From contig NC_057749.1 in the NCBI RefSeq assembly GCF_004010195.1, forward strand, positions 8,449,423 to 8,513,422: 64,000 nt of DNA, read 5' to 3'. Within the stretch, counting starts at the first letter, position 1. The number at the start of each line of letters is the position of its first letter. Shown here one piece after another: positions 63,001 through 64,000 of this stretch. The position numbers and the translations under genes are program-made. Below the pieces are notes generated by a model. That model was given only the letters and a program-made list of their open reading frames with translations, made no database searches and was not told the origin of the DNA. Origin of the DNA: Chiloscyllium plagiosum. Taxonomy: Eukaryota.

Positions 63001-64000
63001 TTCAGGAGGCGGAATGGCTGGTTCAGCTCTTTTATTTGGCATCGCAAGCGGCCCCTTATTAAATTAGCAAAACTGCAATTGCCTCACAGACTGGGGGGAG
63101 TGGATCTGCTGGGCATTCAAAACTATCAACTAAGCTCGCTTTTATCTTACATGAGTGATTGGGCTTGTGAGGACCCTCTTTCAATATGGTTAGATATCGA
63201 AACCTCTCAGGCTGGGTGCCCCCTTACTGGCTTGCTGTTTTTTGACAAAATGAGGACAGTTAGGGAATATTGCCATTAGCCAATAGTTATCAATACTGTT
63301 AAAGCATAGAGGGCAATTCGACAGAGGGAAGGCAATATTGGCAAAACATCTTCTCTTATACCTATTGTGGGTATGCTGGGTTTTCAACCGGGGATGATAG
63401 GTTGAGGGAGAAATGATGAAGTCCTTTGATCAGTTAGCACAGAAATACAAGTTATCTAACAGGGACCTCTTTCGTTTTTTTTTCAAGTTAGGGATTTTAT
63501 TTAAAAAAACACTACACTTCTGACTGACCCCTCCAAATCCAACATAGAGAGAAGGCTGCTCAGTGCTAAGGGTACTCTTTCTGTCAGCACTTTAAAACAT
63601 CAATATGGGGGGGGAGCAGGGGCAGCCCCTCAGATGAATTTGATTGACTCTGCAGGGTGTGCGAGAGAGAGCTAGGCATTGAAGTGTCCTCAGCATGGAA
63701 AGATATTTGGGAAAACACAACAAAGATATCAATTTGCAATAGGACCCATGCATTATAGTTGATGATTCTTCACAGGGTTCACTTGGCTCCAGATCGTTTG
63801 TCATAATTTAAACCAGGGGTATCTTCAACATGTCCCAAGTTGGTACGGGCACTCTTACCCATTGTCTCTGGTCCTGTGGTAGGCTTCAAACATACTGGAG
63901 TGCTGTGGCGGGTACAATGGAGAGGACTTTGAGTGTAAGGGTGGAGAAGGACCCAATGTCTCTCTTTCTTGGCCTGCCCAGTATGTTCCCTGTAGGTGTG
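60025..64000 (+). mobile_element. L1-clade LINE ORF2 (endonuclease + RT), degenerate, running off the window
   Basis: TWNIKG, DIALLQETHL, SRGVAIL, GRFVIL, EDFN, ISDHAPV, EHGDKPGKYLA, GKAPGSDG, YRPISLLN and SLDAEKAFDRV motifs, with frameshifts. Confidence 0.95.
61009..61524 (-). mobile_element. Solo LTR (516 bp) inserted in L1 ORF2
   Basis: TGT...ACA termini with 5-bp TSD CTTAC (61004-61008, 61525-61529). On the minus strand a TATATAA (61185-61179) precedes AATAAA (61114-61109). Confidence 0.85.

Overview
Repeat-rich vertebrate genomic DNA, almost certainly from an elasmobranch (shark or ray), judged by HE1/V-SINE-type SINEs, CR1 LINEs, DeuSINE-like copies and Penelope elements. One complete protein-coding gene can be assembled by hand on the minus strand: FAM219B, with 6 coding exons (50464 to 20644), GT-AG introns with compatible phases and a 187-aa product ending in the CaaX-like motif CTVQ. 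It has an ETS/GABP-type promoter, a minisatellite directly upstream and a ~4.4 kb repeat-free putative 3'UTR with two polyA signals. The rest is mostly transposon debris: CR1, L1, Rex1/Babar and Penelope retroelements, several SINE families, a TA-flanked MITE, a solo LTR nested in L1 and a Harbinger Myb/SANT relic. The most interesting signal is a set of minimal hammerhead-ribozyme motifs (CUGANGA-stem II-GAAA-NUH). They occur in two inverted Penelope copies and in several 125-230 bp non-coding, TSD-flanked mini-elements, some in sense orientation inside FAM219B introns. Almost all ORFs in the supplied track are TE fragments or chance ORFs. Repeat family names come from my recognition of the sequence, not a database search, and repeat boundaries are approximate.
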